Assembly: GCF_006345805.1 (NCBI RefSeq)
Contig: NW_021823573.1
Span: 1 to 22,293 of the forward strand
DNA: 22,293 bases
Source of the DNA: Octopus sinensis
Taxonomy: Eukaryota
Direction of reading: 5' to 3'
Shown one piece after another: positions 1 to 11,325 of this stretch. The position numbers and the translations under genes are program-made. The notes under the pieces are model-generated. The model was not told the DNA's origin. It searched no databases and saw nothing but the letters and a program-made list of their open reading frames with translations. Positions within the stretch are counted from its first letter, which is position 1. The number at the start of each line of letters is the position of its first letter.

Positions 1-156
1 AGGCGGCGCATTTCTTTCGACTCTTTAAATTTTGATTTTAAACAGTGCTGAGGTCGACTTTGCCATTCATCCTTTTGGAGTCGATAGAATAAGTTTCATT
101 TGAATACTGGAAACGATATAGTCCTTGACATTTTCCCCTCAAAATTGCTCGCTGTG
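1..156 (+). mobile_element. SINE family A, degenerate copy
   Basis: Central block GAGGTCGACTTTGCCATTCATCCTTTTGGAGTCGATAGAATAAG (50-93) aligns by eye with copies at 7971-8030, 14484-14527 and the reverse complement of 19080-19135. The tail remnant CCCCTCAAAATTGCT is also present. Confidence 0.75.
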
Positions 157-439
157 AATGATGTAATTGATGAACACTCAGCCCGCAAAACTGCACGCTG
201 CTTTTATGGTAACACGTAATATTTATTTGTCACTCAGTTTGTCTTTTCTCTTAGCTACGCACGTCTCCTTCTCTATCCCACTTCACTCTTTGTTCCATTC
301 ACCTCTCTCTTTCTCTCTCTATTCCTCATTCTTTCTTTTTTTCTTTTTCCCTTCGTCTTCTTACATATTTAAAAACATATGTACGACCAAATGTACAAGT
401 CTCTAATGTCATACATGGAACAAATAACCTCGAAGACAA

Positions 440-595
440 GAGGCTCTATGGTTAGGGAATTAGGCGGTTGATCAATTCAATACTTGCCAGCGACTTAGTT
501 CTTGGATCAGGCGATGCGTTGTGCTCTTCCGCTTCATTTCCCGCTCAGGTTCATTTCATATTGCTCCAGTCTACCTAGCCACAATGAGTACCCAC
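440..595 (+). mobile_element. SINE family C (CORE-like), degenerate copy
   Basis: GCGATGCGTTGTGCTC and TTCATATTGCTCCAGTCTACCTAGCCACAATGAGTA match the reverse complement of the better-preserved copy at 1050-1125. Confidence 0.55.
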
Positions 596-867
596 CGTAG
601 CGTGTGTTGACGCACTTCCTTCTCTCCCTCCAGTTGTCACATCCTGGAAGTTTCTTTCCCTGGATCAAAAGTAAGGAGCCGAGAATGAGTCTCATGCTAC
701 CGAACTATACTTGTTTGCGGGTGACGACTTGCTGTAACTAAAGGTTATAAAACACTTTACTATTTGATGAGTGGATTTCCGTATGAATATACAAGAGCAA
801 ACACTGTACCAACAAAAGAAAAAAATAAAACAGAAAAATATACTACCTTTATATAATCAACAATAGT

Positions 868-1193
868 ACTGGCACTCCGTCGCTTACGACGACGAAGGTT
901 CCAGGTGATCCAATCAACGGAACAGCCGGCTTGATAAATTACCGTGCAAGTGATTGAGCACTCCACAAACACGTGTACTCTTAACGTAGTTCTCGTGAAT
1001 ATTCAGCGTGACACAGAATGTGACAAAGCTGGCTCTTTGAAATACAGATACTACTCATTTCTACCAGCTGAGCGGACTGGAGCAACAGGAAATAGAGTAT
1101 CTTGCTCAAGGACGCTACGCGTCGCCGGGAATTGAACTCCCGAACTTACGATCGTGAACCAAATACCCTATCCACTAAGCCACACGCCTTCAC
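868..1193 (-). mobile_element. tRNA-derived SINE family C (CORE-SINE-like), near full length
   Basis: On the minus strand there is a Pol III A box TGGCTTAGTGG (1172-1182) and B box GAGTTCAATTCCC (1127-1139). These are followed by CCTTGAGCAAGATACT...GCTCCAGTCCGCTCAGCTGGTAGAAATGAGTA, which resembles the CORE domain (MIR core CCTTGGGCAAG...CATCTGTAAAATGGG), and a ~180-bp 3' tail ending ...GACGGAGTGCCA. Confidence 0.8.
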
Positions 1194-2193
1194 AATGAAC
1201 AGTGTACATATATTGGTAATAAAGGTAGTTTAACCCCACGTATACAATCGAATATTCATTGACTACTTTAGAACTCCCCGTGATTTCCAGTTCGAATTCA
1301 GCCAGCTCAACCAAGCAACACCATTAGAACTAGTGCCATAAATTTCTAGTTGAAGTGATATTGATATTTGGCTGATAGAAGTGCTATCGATCAACAGATT
1401 TCTCTTTCTTTTTTTAATTCTTTTTGTTATGATAAGTGGCTACCGAAGTGAGCGCTATCGTGTTATCATAGATTAGATACCATACACTTAACTTTATTAT
1501 ATATTTGAGACAGGATTAAACGCCAGAAATAAAGCGGCAAACATCAAATACATAGGATATATCGACAGTAATATATTTAATGTTATCAATAGGAAAATGA
1601 ATAGATAAATCAATCTGGAAAAAAAAAAAGAAAATAAATAGCTAACAGAAGTAAAACAAATGATTATATAGAGAACACATACAACAATCCATTGTTAATT
1701 TTATAGAAACATCACCTAACAATGTTTAACAACAGGTATTCGTTTCCAGGAATCAATTAAATTTGAAAAATTACCATAGAGTCATATCAAAATAAGTCTT
1801 TTAAAATGATGATTTCATATATTGTAACAGTTGTAACATTGTAAACAAGACTTATTGCAAGAGCCAGAGAATGGGAAGAGTCATTAGCACAGAAAGCTTC
1901 GCAATATTGGTTCCGATTCACTGTGATCAGTATTCAAAACCAACCGATGTCATCTATTCCTTTTCCATCTTTTCGCGGTACATAAAAATATATAACCACG
2001 CACGCAAGCAATCATATTCCGTTGTAGAATTCACGTATGCTTTGTAGAATGTGAGCAGTTGTTAAGAGCTGAAATGTTTTCGGCATCCACTCTGTATATA
2101 TGCATGCCAAAGGTCTTCACACATTAATACATGATCTTTCTTACTCGTAGAAACTAATCATATTCACGTTATTAATCACAGCAGAATTTTTTC

Positions 2194-2248
2194 GTGCTCC
2201 AGCTTGGCCGCAGTTTAGTGATTGAAACAAGTAAAAAAAAAATAAAAG
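2194..2248 (+). mobile_element. SINE family B, 3'-end fragment
   Basis: GTGCTCCAGCTTGGCCGCAGTTTAGTGATTGAAACAAGTAAAA matches 12363-12405 (GTGCTCCAGCATGGCCGCAGTCAAATGACTGAAACAAGTAAAA). Confidence 0.75.
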
Positions 2249-2397
2249 GACTGTGATTTTTAAGAGATGAGAAATGGAAAATTGTGAATTTTTTGTGAGA
2301 TTAAAAAATGGTATGTTTTGGTGTATTAACCTTATCTTTAGCGAGGGAAAGTTCTTCCATACTTTCATCTACACCAAGTTTTCATTGACTTGGTCTC

Positions 2398-2608
2398 CGA
2401 TCATCATTATCATCATCATCATCATCATCATCGTCATTATCATCATCATAGACCATCATCGCTATATTCATCATTATCATCATCATCATCATCATCATCA
2501 CCACCACCACCACCATTATCACTATCATTGTCATCGTCATCGCCGTCATCATCATCATTAGCACCACCGTTATCATCATCATCATCATCATTATCATCAT
2601 CATCATCA
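2398..2608. repeat. (ATC)n/(CAC)n compound trinucleotide repeat
   Basis: Direct reading; it generates the poly-His/Ile/Ser/Met ORFs. Confidence 0.95.
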
Positions 2609-2895
2609 CGAAAAATCTGTTACTAACTAAAACGTGTCTCTGACATTTAGCCGTTCAACGTGGCATCCATGGCTTTGAGCCGAGCCACTGTTGGTGATGC
2701 TATGGAAATGAAAGAATTCCAAACATGAATCCAAAACCCCAGCCGCCCGCCGAGTAGGAGCCCTTCATACCAACTTCCATTCAGCGACAGGATAGCCACA
2801 CAGGTTATATAAATCAAATTACAATACTAGGTGAGATAAATACGTATTCCTCGCAGAAGAAGTAAAGCTGCAGGTGAGGAACACATTTCCAGACA

Positions 2896-3734
2896 AATAC
2901 ATACATACACACATACATACATACATACATACATACATACATACATACATGCATACATACATACATACATACATACATACATGCATACATACATACATAC
3001 ATACATACATGCATACATACATACATACATACATACATACATGCATACATACATACATACATACATACATGCATACATACATACATACATACATGCATAC
3101 ATACATGCATACATACATACATGCATACATACATACATACATACATGCATACATACATACATACATACATGCATACATACATACATGCATACATACATGC
3201 ATACATACATACATACATGCATACATACATACATACATACATACATACATGCATACATACATACATACATGCATACATACATACACACATACATATATAC
3301 ATACATACATACATACATGCATACATACATACATACATACATGCATACATACATACATACATACATGCATACATACATACATACATACATACATACATAA
3401 TACATACATACATGCATGCATACATACATACATGCATACATACATACATACATGCATACATACATACATGCATACATGCATACATGCATACATACATACA
3501 TACATGCATACATACATACATGCATGCATACATGCATACATACATACATACATGCATACATACATACATACATGCATGCATACATGCATGCATACATGCA
3601 TACATACATACATACATGCATACATACATACATACATACATGCATACATACATGGATACATGCATACATACATACATACATGCATACATACATACATACA
3701 TGCATACATGCATACATACATATATACATACATG

Positions 3735-3766
<32 letters not shown>

Positions 3767-3775
3767 CATACATAC
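2896..3775. repeat. (CATA)n tetranucleotide array with interspersed CATG units, ~880 bp
   Basis: Direct reading; it explains the stop-free HTYI/MYVC ORFs in several frames. Confidence 0.97.
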
Positions 3776-3899
3776 GTTCTACGTAAGTGAGTGTGTGGGG
3801 GGGGGCTATACGTAAATAAATCCATGTACACGGGACATTAATGAGATACGGTGAAATGGAAAACATTCTGTGATGATAGGTGAAACGTCTGAAGTAAGA

Positions 3900-4260
3900 T
3901 GGTGGTGGTGGTGGTGGTGGTGATGATGATGATGATGTACTGGTGGTGGTGGCAACAGAAGCGGCGACGGCAGCAGTGATGGCGGCGGCGACGACGGCGG
4001 CAGTGATTGTGGTCGTCGACGTCGTCGTAGTCGTGGTGGTGGTGGTTACGGTGGTGGTGGTGGCGGCGGTGGTGGCGGCGGCGGTGGCGGCGGCGGCGGT
4101 GGTGGTGGTGGTGGTGGTGGTGGTGGTGGTGGTTTTATTGTTGATGGCGATGACGATGATGATGATAATAATGATGATAGGGATGGTGATAACGGAGGTT
4201 GAGGTGTTTGTAGTAGTGACGAAGACGATTACTAGAATGAAGGTGACGAGCACGTGAGCA
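3900..4260. repeat. (GGT)/(GAT)/(GGC) mosaic trinucleotide repeat
   Basis: Direct reading. Confidence 0.9.
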
Positions 4261-4384
4261 CGAGGATGGAGGACGTAGCGACGGTCGTAAAGATCAGAAA
4301 GATGAGAGGAGGAGGAGCACGAACAGGAGGAAGAGGTGGCAAGGAGAAGGAAGGAATGCATCACTCTCTCACTCACTAATAATA

Positions 4385-4511
4385 AGGAAGAAGAAGAAGA
4401 AGAAGAAGAAGAAGAAGAAGAAGAAGAAGAAGAGAAGAAGAAGAAGAATAGAAAGAAGAAAAGAGGAAGGAAGAAGAAGAAGAAGAAGAAGAAGAAGAAG
4501 AAGAAGAAGAA
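4385..4511. repeat. (GAA)n purine tract
   Basis: Direct reading; it is preceded by TAATAATAA at ~4377-4385. Confidence 0.95.
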
Positions 4512-5421
4512 ACAACAAAAGCTATAAACAAATGAAATCCAACTAAAAATAGAACAGCAACGAACCATGAAAACCGATGGCAAGAAAAGCCCCTTCATAG
4601 TAAATACTGGACTAAACTAAACGCAAAAGAAATAGACAAAGAAAAATCCCAGCAATGGTTGAGAAGCTCAGGACTCAAAGCAGAAACAGAGGGATTTTTA
4701 ATTGCAGCACAAGACCAAAGCCTCCCCACCAGAAATTACCAAAAACATGTAATGAAAAGAAATATTACAAGTAACTGCAGAATATGTGGAGATGGACAAG
4801 AAACAATAAATCATATTATCTCTAGCTGCCCAGTCCTGGCTAAGAAGGAATATATTCACAGACATGACAGAGTTGGAACCTACATACATTGGAAGCTATG
4901 CCAACAGAAAAAAGATGGTATAGGCACACACCAGAAAAGGTCACAGAAAACGAGAAAGCAACCATACTCTGGGATATGCCGATACACACAGATAGAGAAA
5001 TTAAGGCCAACAGACCAGATATAGTTGTCAGAGATCATGAAGAAAAAAATGCTTTCTAATTGATGTATCAATACCGGCAGATGACAACGTGTCTCTAAAA
5101 GAAATGGAGAAACTCTCAAAATACAAAGACCTGGAAATAGAGGTAACTAGAATGTGGAATCTGAAAACAGAAACAATTCCTATCATAGTAGGTGCATTAG
5201 GCATGATAAAAAATTATTCAGACAAATACATAACAAAAACACCAGGACTTACAAACACATATACATACAGAAAATTGCACTACTAGGCACTGCACACATC
5301 CTACGCAGAACACTTTCCATACAATAACCATCAGAGCATCAGAACAAATCACAGCACATACCCAAGGCACACAGAGCTGCGCTCGGTAGTGAAGTGAAAG
5401 CACGCTATAAAAATAAAACTA

Positions 5422-5424
<3 letters not shown>
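4512..5424 (+). mobile_element. 5'-truncated, frameshifted non-LTR retrotransposon of the R4/Dong (RLE) type: C-terminal ORF fragment plus 3' UTR
   Basis: Joining frames gives RWQEKPLHSKYW...WLRSSGLKAETEGFLIAAQDQSLPTRNY...CRICGDGQETINHIISSC (C-X2-C-X8-H-X4-C, 4776-4829)...HRHDRVGTYIHWKLC / WYRHTPEKVTENEKATILWDMPIHTDREIKANRPDIVV (PD at 5015-5020) / CFLIDVSIP (D at 5062)...KLSKYKDLEIEVTRMW...PIIVGALG / IQKIALLGTAHILRRTL, with a stop at 5325-5327. Frameshifts lie at ~4907, ~5049 and ~5264. This is the CCHC plus PD..D..K restriction-like endonuclease layout of R2-group elements; the clade call rests on motif style and the (AAT)n 3' junction. Confidence 0.9.
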
Positions 5425-5496
<72 letters not shown>

Positions 5497-5561
5497 GATA
5501 TAATAATAATAATAATAATAACAATAATAATAATAATAATAGTAATAATAATAATAATAAT
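5425..5561. repeat. (AAT)n microsatellite between the LINE 3' end and the ~550-bp element
   Basis: Direct reading. Confidence 0.97.
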
Positions 5562-6115
5562 GCCCTGATGCAGTACCAGTCAATGGCTCTCATGGCTTCT
5601 GATCTTAACTGATTGGAAGTGTTATCATGTACATTGTTTTGTCTTGGTATAAAATATGGGCTACAGTAAATATTCTGCTCAATACCACAGATTTGCTTGT
5701 CAGTTGTTTGACCTTAACCAGTTAAGCATGTCCCTTAGTGGCTGATGATATGTGCATCTCTGATCACGAGCAGAAGTAGTGGGGGAGCATCATAGCCATG
5801 TGTTGAGAAGGGTTCTTTGGGTTTGAATAATTCCCCTCTGGAAACATGGGTGTTTCATTCAACATCCTTAAACAACCCTTATTCAGGGACCTCTTGAGCG
5901 AAATGGGTTACTCGACCAGAATAAAAATTCTAACTGGGCCCGACCTGCAAGGTCATGTGCTGTTTATCTTGATATGAGATCACCATGTCGCGCACATATG
6001 GTTGTGATGCATGTGCCTAGTGTACCCTTATCAGACGGATAGTCATGATGGGTATACTGGGCTTCGTATATTTTACCCCAGAGTCACTTTGATGACATGC
6101 ACTGCTCTCTCACTC
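5562..6115 (+). mobile_element. ~550-bp (AAT)n-embedded interspersed element, copy 1 (unassigned family)
   Basis: It runs GCCCTGATGCAGTACC...CTGCTCTCTCACTC, is colinear with 15662-16200 (-) and 18437-18954 (+), and is flanked by (AAT)n on both sides. No ORF, TIR or Pol III boxes were seen. Confidence 0.9.
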
Positions 6116-6145
6116 AATAATAATAATAATAATAATAATAATAAT

Positions 6146-6287
6146 CCTTTCTATTATAGGCACAGGCCTGAAATTTTGGAGGCGAGGCCTAGTCGATTAC
6201 ATCGACTCCGTAAGAATGAAAGACGATGTCAATCTAGGCAGCGTTTGAGCTCAGAAAGAAAAGAATTGGAAGAAATGCTACTAAGCC
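6146..6287 (-). mobile_element. SINE family A, internally deleted copy whose (ATT)n tail is the 6116-6145 array
   Basis: The minus strand reads ...GAGTCGATGTAATCGACTAGGCC...AAATTTCAGGCCTGTGCCTATAATAGAAAGG followed by (ATT)n. Confidence 0.7.
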
Positions 6288-6290
6288 AGT

Positions 6291-6455
6291 AATGTTGAGG
6301 GGAGGGGGAATAAGTCGACTGCGACGACTCCAAAACTTTATTCGTACTTCATTTTACCGAACGGGAAAAGATGAAAGACAGATTTCACGCAAGACGTGAT
6401 CTCAGAACACAACGAGCCGGGAAAAATACTGCAAGATATTTCTTCCAGCGCTCTA
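6291..6455 (-). mobile_element. SINE family A, older degenerate copy
   Basis: AAGTCGACTGCGACGACTCC...GTACTTCATTTTACCGAACGGGAAAAGATGAAAGACA...CTCAGAAC parallels 19050-19160. Confidence 0.55.
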
Positions 6456-6492
6456 GTGTGTGTGCGTCTGTGTGTGTGTGTGTTTGTGTATG

Positions 6493-6543
<51 letters not shown>

Positions 6544-6710
6544 TGTTTATGGTGTACTATTTCGTGAAGCAAAAATATATAAACACTTTAAATATGTACA
6601 GTCACGTATATCGACAGACAGACAGACCGACAGACAGACAGGCAGACAGATAGATGGATAGAGAGATTAGATATAAATATACACATATATATTTATACGC
6701 ATATATATAC

Positions 6711-6753
<43 letters not shown>

Positions 6754-6771
6754 TGTGTGTATATATATGTG

Positions 6772-6813
<42 letters not shown>

Positions 6814-7185
6814 TATAGGGATATATATACATACATACATATAGATAGATAGAGAGAGGGAGAGAAAGAGAGAGAGAGAGAGAGAGATAGATATATAGAG
6901 AGAAATAGATACAGATATATACATATACATGTATATATATGTATGTGTATATATATATAAATACATGTGTGTGTATATATAAATGAATGAATATATGTAT
7001 GTATGTATGTATGCATGCATGTATGTATGTATGTACGTATTTACGTATGCATGTATGTATGCATGCATGTGGATATATTTATAAAGAATTATATACATAT
7101 TACATACATACATGCATAATTACATACATACATATATTCATACATCAATATAAATATATATATATATATACATACATGTATATTT
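6456..7185. repeat. Compound microsatellite field: (GT)n, (GACA)n, (TA)n, (GA)n, (TATG)n, (CATA)n
   Basis: Direct reading; a short unique spacer lies at ~6545-6612. Confidence 0.92.
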
Positions 7186-7519
7186 GATCTATCAGCGTGT
7201 GTATCAGAGATCATTTATGCCTTATTCATTCATTCGCCCATTCAACTATTATCCAAGAAAACAATCAGTGATATGTTAAAAAGCAATACAATAAATTATA
7301 CAACAAGAAAAAAGAAGTGGGGGGAGCAAAACAGAAAATAAAAATAATAAATTCTGAGAAACGACGTGTAGCGAAAAAGATAAATAAAAGTACAGGGAAA
7401 TAAGTTGAATATGGTTGATGGGTTGAAGCCAGGAGAATTCATTTTTCAGTCTGATATCCGCCATCTTTGTGTTGCCACAAGTGATTTATTTTCTGTTGTT
7501 TCACCTTAAGCGAATAAAT

Positions 7520-7752
<233 letters not shown>

Positions 7753-7944
7753 AGTACATGTGCATAAGTACATGTACTTATTTGGGTGCATATGTATTAA
7801 GTTGTATGACGATACATATACACTTATATGCCCATATTTACAAACATATACCTATATATATGTGTTTATGTGTGTCTGCGTGGGTGTAGATACTTAATTA
7901 AACAGCCAGACTTCAGTGTCTCGTTTCATTCATTGGAATTAGGT

Positions 7945-8105
7945 AGTTCGTTCCAAGTTTAAATGACACTGCGGTTGACTTCGTTTTTCATCCTTTCTGG
8001 GGCAGATAAAAATAAGTACCACTTGAGTACTGGAGTCGATGTAATCGACTTAACACTTATCCGAACTTGCTGGCCTTGTGCCAAAATTTGAAATCAATAT
8101 TTATT
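7945..8105 (+). mobile_element. SINE family A, 3' two-thirds
   Basis: GGTTGACTTCGTTTTTCATCCTTTCTGGGGCAGATAAAAATAAGTACCACTTGAGTACTGGAGTCGATGTAATCGACTT...CTTGCTGGCCTTGTGCCAAAATTTGAAATCAATATT matches the other A copies. Confidence 0.85.
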
Positions 8106-8325
8106 GCAGAATCTTGAATCCTTTTAGTTTTTGATGCTATTAATCTAGCTTTTTTTTTTTTTTTTTTTGGTGGAGGGTGTCTTTTTTGTTTGTTTTTTTC
8201 GTCTTTATTCTCGGAAGATTTTCCAGCGCCAAACAACCTTGTAGACTCTCTGCCTGTATAACGGTATAACATACCCAACTTGAGATAGCTTTTCCTAGGC
8301 CAGCTTTTTTGCAACACTCCATACA

Positions 8326-8680
8326 ATTACCATTCTATCAAATATGGCGGTGATTATTCCATATTTCTGCCTAGTTATTCCATATCCTTTTTCGTATTCT
8401 TTTTTTTTTTTTTTTTTGTTTAACACCAAACTTGAACTCTCTACGTTTTATACCAGATTTGCTTTTAGAGTCCAATACTCAAGTCTATACGTATGAAAAT
8501 CTTCCCTCGGGTACCTCTTTTTCAAGACTACACACAATTTCCATTCGATCAAATACAACTGTGATTATTCCATATTTCTGCCTAGTTACTGCATAGCATT
8601 TTTCGTATAACAAATTTGAACTCACTACGTTTTCTCCCAAATTGTTTTGGGAGTCCAACACTAAAATTCGTGCATCGCTA
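8326..8680. repeat. Imperfect direct duplication with a ~211-bp offset
   Basis: The 28-mer GTGATTATTCCATATTTCTGCCTAGTTA is identical at 8350-8377 and 8561-8588. The flanks also align (CCATTCTATCAAATA vs CCATTCGATCAAATA; TTGAACTCTCTACGTTTT vs TTGAACTCACTACGTTTT; GAGTCCAATACT vs GAGTCCAACACT). Confidence 0.85.
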
Positions 8681-9049
8681 CAGCAAATATCAAAGTGCGA
8701 AGCAATTTCAAATTTATCTTTATTTATTGATTTTTCTAAATCCACTTTAGTGAGATAACAGCAAATATGCTATAGTAAGTCTTCTGTTTATCTCTTTCCT
8801 GTCACCAAGCTCATTTGTAATTATGCTTCCAAGATAGTTAAACGCGTACACCGCTATGGTTGCTTCATTAGCAATAATTATAGCATTGCTGTTCCCGTGT
8901 CGTCAATAATTAAGACAAATTTGTTTCTTTCTTTCTTTTCATTTTTTGCGATTTTACCTCTTACCGTAATGTTTATTTCGTATTTAAAGACTAAACACAG
9001 TTGCCGTTCATTTTAGCATGTGTGTGGATATATGCGTGGAAGGATGTAT

Positions 9050-9303
9050 GAATGTGTGCGTGTGTTTGTGTGTGTGTGTGTGTATATGAACATTTATGTA
9101 TATATATATACAGAAATATATTTACAAACACAAATGCACATGCACACACGCACACACACATAGGTGAGTGTATGTGTGTATATGTAAATATATACTTACA
9201 TATATATGTGTGTGTGTTTGTGTGTATCTATACGTATGTCTGCACATATGTGTGTATATATATATACATGTAAACATATATACACATATATATATACGTG
9301 TAT

Positions 9304-9383
<80 letters not shown>

Positions 9384-9385
9384 GG
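9050..9385. repeat. (GT)/(CA)/(TA)n compound repeat
   Basis: Direct reading. Confidence 0.92.
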
Positions 9386-9961
9386 CACATACACTCTTTA
9401 TTATAATTTGTAAAAATCAAAAATTTATGTTGTATGGTATTTGATTTATCTGTACCTGTCTTCAGTGGTCACATACTTGCAACAGGTCAGTTTGAGTTAT
9501 TTCCCTTTGCTCATTTTATTTAGATTATGCAAATCACCTAAGTCATAAATGCGATCTACTCTTTCTGCATATGTCTATGTCCCTCGGCTGCTGGAGATAT
9601 ATCAGAAAACTTGCCGTGCTGATGACGCTTATTGAGGCAGAAACAAAACTCCCCGATTGTCTTCTGTTCATCACAGAATAAGACTGTCCTTTTCCTTGAT
9701 GTCAACGTTGGAGAATTATTGCATCTTGAGATTATCTCATCTTCCCACATGGAGGTATCCTCACTTACCACATTTGGCGAGATGCATCCTCTAGAAGTGG
9801 GGATAATTTTTAAAAAGTGAAGAATTCATGTTGTAGGTTATTTGGTATACCTGTATTTGTCCATGCTCTACATATACATACTATTGGCCACTCTAAGTTA
9901 TTTCTTTTAGCTCATATTTTTTCAAAGTACGCTTAACTGTACATATACGTACATACATACA

Positions 9962-10150
9962 TATTCCTTTATTTGTTTCAGTCACTAGATTGCGGTCATG
10001 CTGCAGTACCACCTTCTAGAATTTTATTTCTAAAGCTTGGAACTTGTACTATCGCTCACTTTTGACAAGCCTTTAAGTTATGGGGGGTTGGCGTAAACAT
10101 ACCGACGCCAGTTGTGAAGCGGTGGTGGGCGAAAAACACATACACAAGCA
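9962..10150 (-). mobile_element. SINE family B, degenerate 3' half
   Basis: TTTATTTGTTTCAGTCACTAGATTGCGGTCATGCTGCAGTACCACCTT...TAAGTTATGGGGGGTTGGCGTAAACATACCGACGCCAGTTGTGAAGCGGTGGTGGG parallels 22015-22205. Confidence 0.7.
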
Positions 10151-10195
10151 CATATATACACACGTACACACCCAAGCAAATATACATGCATATGT

Positions 10196-10297
<102 letters not shown>

Positions 10298-10443
10298 TTG
10301 TATTTATGTGCTATCTGACTATATTCCACTGAGGAAGGTGGAGTATTTCTTATACAGATTCAGAAATCCGGGATCTGGAATTATCCAGTAATTTTTTGCT
10401 AGTTTATTTTGTCTCTTTGTCTTCTCTCCTGGTGCTGTATGAA

Positions 10444-10600
10444 CATATAATGTGGTTTAAGAGTCAATGTTTGACTGCTATTTCCAGCATGGTGGTATCT
10501 CTTAGACACCCTAAATTATAATTTTAATAATAATTATTACCTTTGAAGGTTTTTATTCCCATGCTGGCCACCTGATAAGATCAGTAACGATCTTATCCTT
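10444..10600. mobile_element. Solo arm of fold-back/MITE-like family 2, ending at (TA)n
   Basis: It aligns with the reverse complement of 19980-20140 (GGTTTAAGAGTCAATGTTTGACTGCTATT...GGTGGTATCTCTTAGACACCCTAAATTATAATTTTAATAA...CATGCTGGCCA). The terminus AACGATCTTATCCTT is followed by (AT)n. Confidence 0.7.
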
Positions 10601-10799
10601 ATATATATATATATATATCATGCGCCGCACAACCATGTATATATGCATAGGCATGTACTGGTTGAGGCCCTGAAATATATTTGCTTAGATAAATGCTCAA
10701 ACTTGATACGGACCATTTAAGAAGGTAAATATTCAACGTTTTAAGCCGTCTACTTACCCACCACTTTAAATGTAACACATTTTCAAGTGTTGACATAAA

Positions 10800-10926
10800 T
10801 GATAATCTTGATAATATTAATGACGACGACGACGATAATGATGTTGCTGATGATGATGATGATGATGATGGTGGTGGTTGTGCCGGTGGTGGTGGTGATA
10901 TTATTATTATTATTATTAAAGAATAA

Positions 10927-10977
<51 letters not shown>

Positions 10978-11017
10978 GTTATTATTATTATTATCATCAT
11001 TATTATCAACATCATCA

Positions 11018-11064
<47 letters not shown>

Positions 11065-11104
11065 GTTATTATTATTATTATCATCATTATTATCAACATC
11101 ATCA

Positions 11105-11152
<48 letters not shown>

Positions 11153-11293
11153 GTAATAATAATAATAATAATAATGATGATGATGATGTTGATAATAATG
11201 ATGATAATAATAATGATGATGGTGATAATAATGATGATAATGATGATGATAATGATAATAATAATGTTGATAATGATGATGATGATGATAATG

Positions 11294-11325
<32 letters not shown>

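Noticed and set aside
1100-1193. tRNA-like sequences with A/B boxes (also at 12016-12085, 19140-19224 and 20470-20550)
   Set aside because: They continue into SINE bodies and lack a complete cloverleaf and acceptor stem, so they are SINE heads rather than tRNA genes.
1428-1470. TATGATAA...TTATCATA hairpin as a possible pre-miRNA
   Set aside because: Only 8 contiguous AT-rich pairs, with a bulged inner stem that is too short.
3870-3889. GTGATGA-TAGGT-GAAACGTC hammerhead-like string
   Set aside because: C3 is missing and the 5 nt between the motifs cannot form stem II.
2814-4598. 594-aa ORF and overlapping 100-330-aa ORFs
   Set aside because: They consist entirely of translated microsatellites (CATA, GGT, GAA) that lack stops. 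Several frames on both strands are open and there is no domain content.
5562-5960. Possible ribozyme in the ~550-bp element (CTGATGA/CTGACGA; GCCCTGA pairing with TCAGGG; GAAAC...GTTTC)
   Set aside because: There is no GAAA after a stem II for a hammerhead, and no P3/L3/P1.1 geometry for an HDV-like fold. A covariance search on the family consensus would be the proper test.
9466-9485. Plus-strand 20-nt microexon candidate (TCTTCAG|...CAG|GTCAGT)
   Set aside because: It is not frame-preserving, has no supporting context, and such signals arise by chance in 22 kb.
9632-9820. NKTVLFLDVNV resembling the Penelope RT 'FLD' motif, with an upstream ADD in another frame
   Set aside because: The DD-to-FLD spacing looks too short and the flanking RT motifs are missing.
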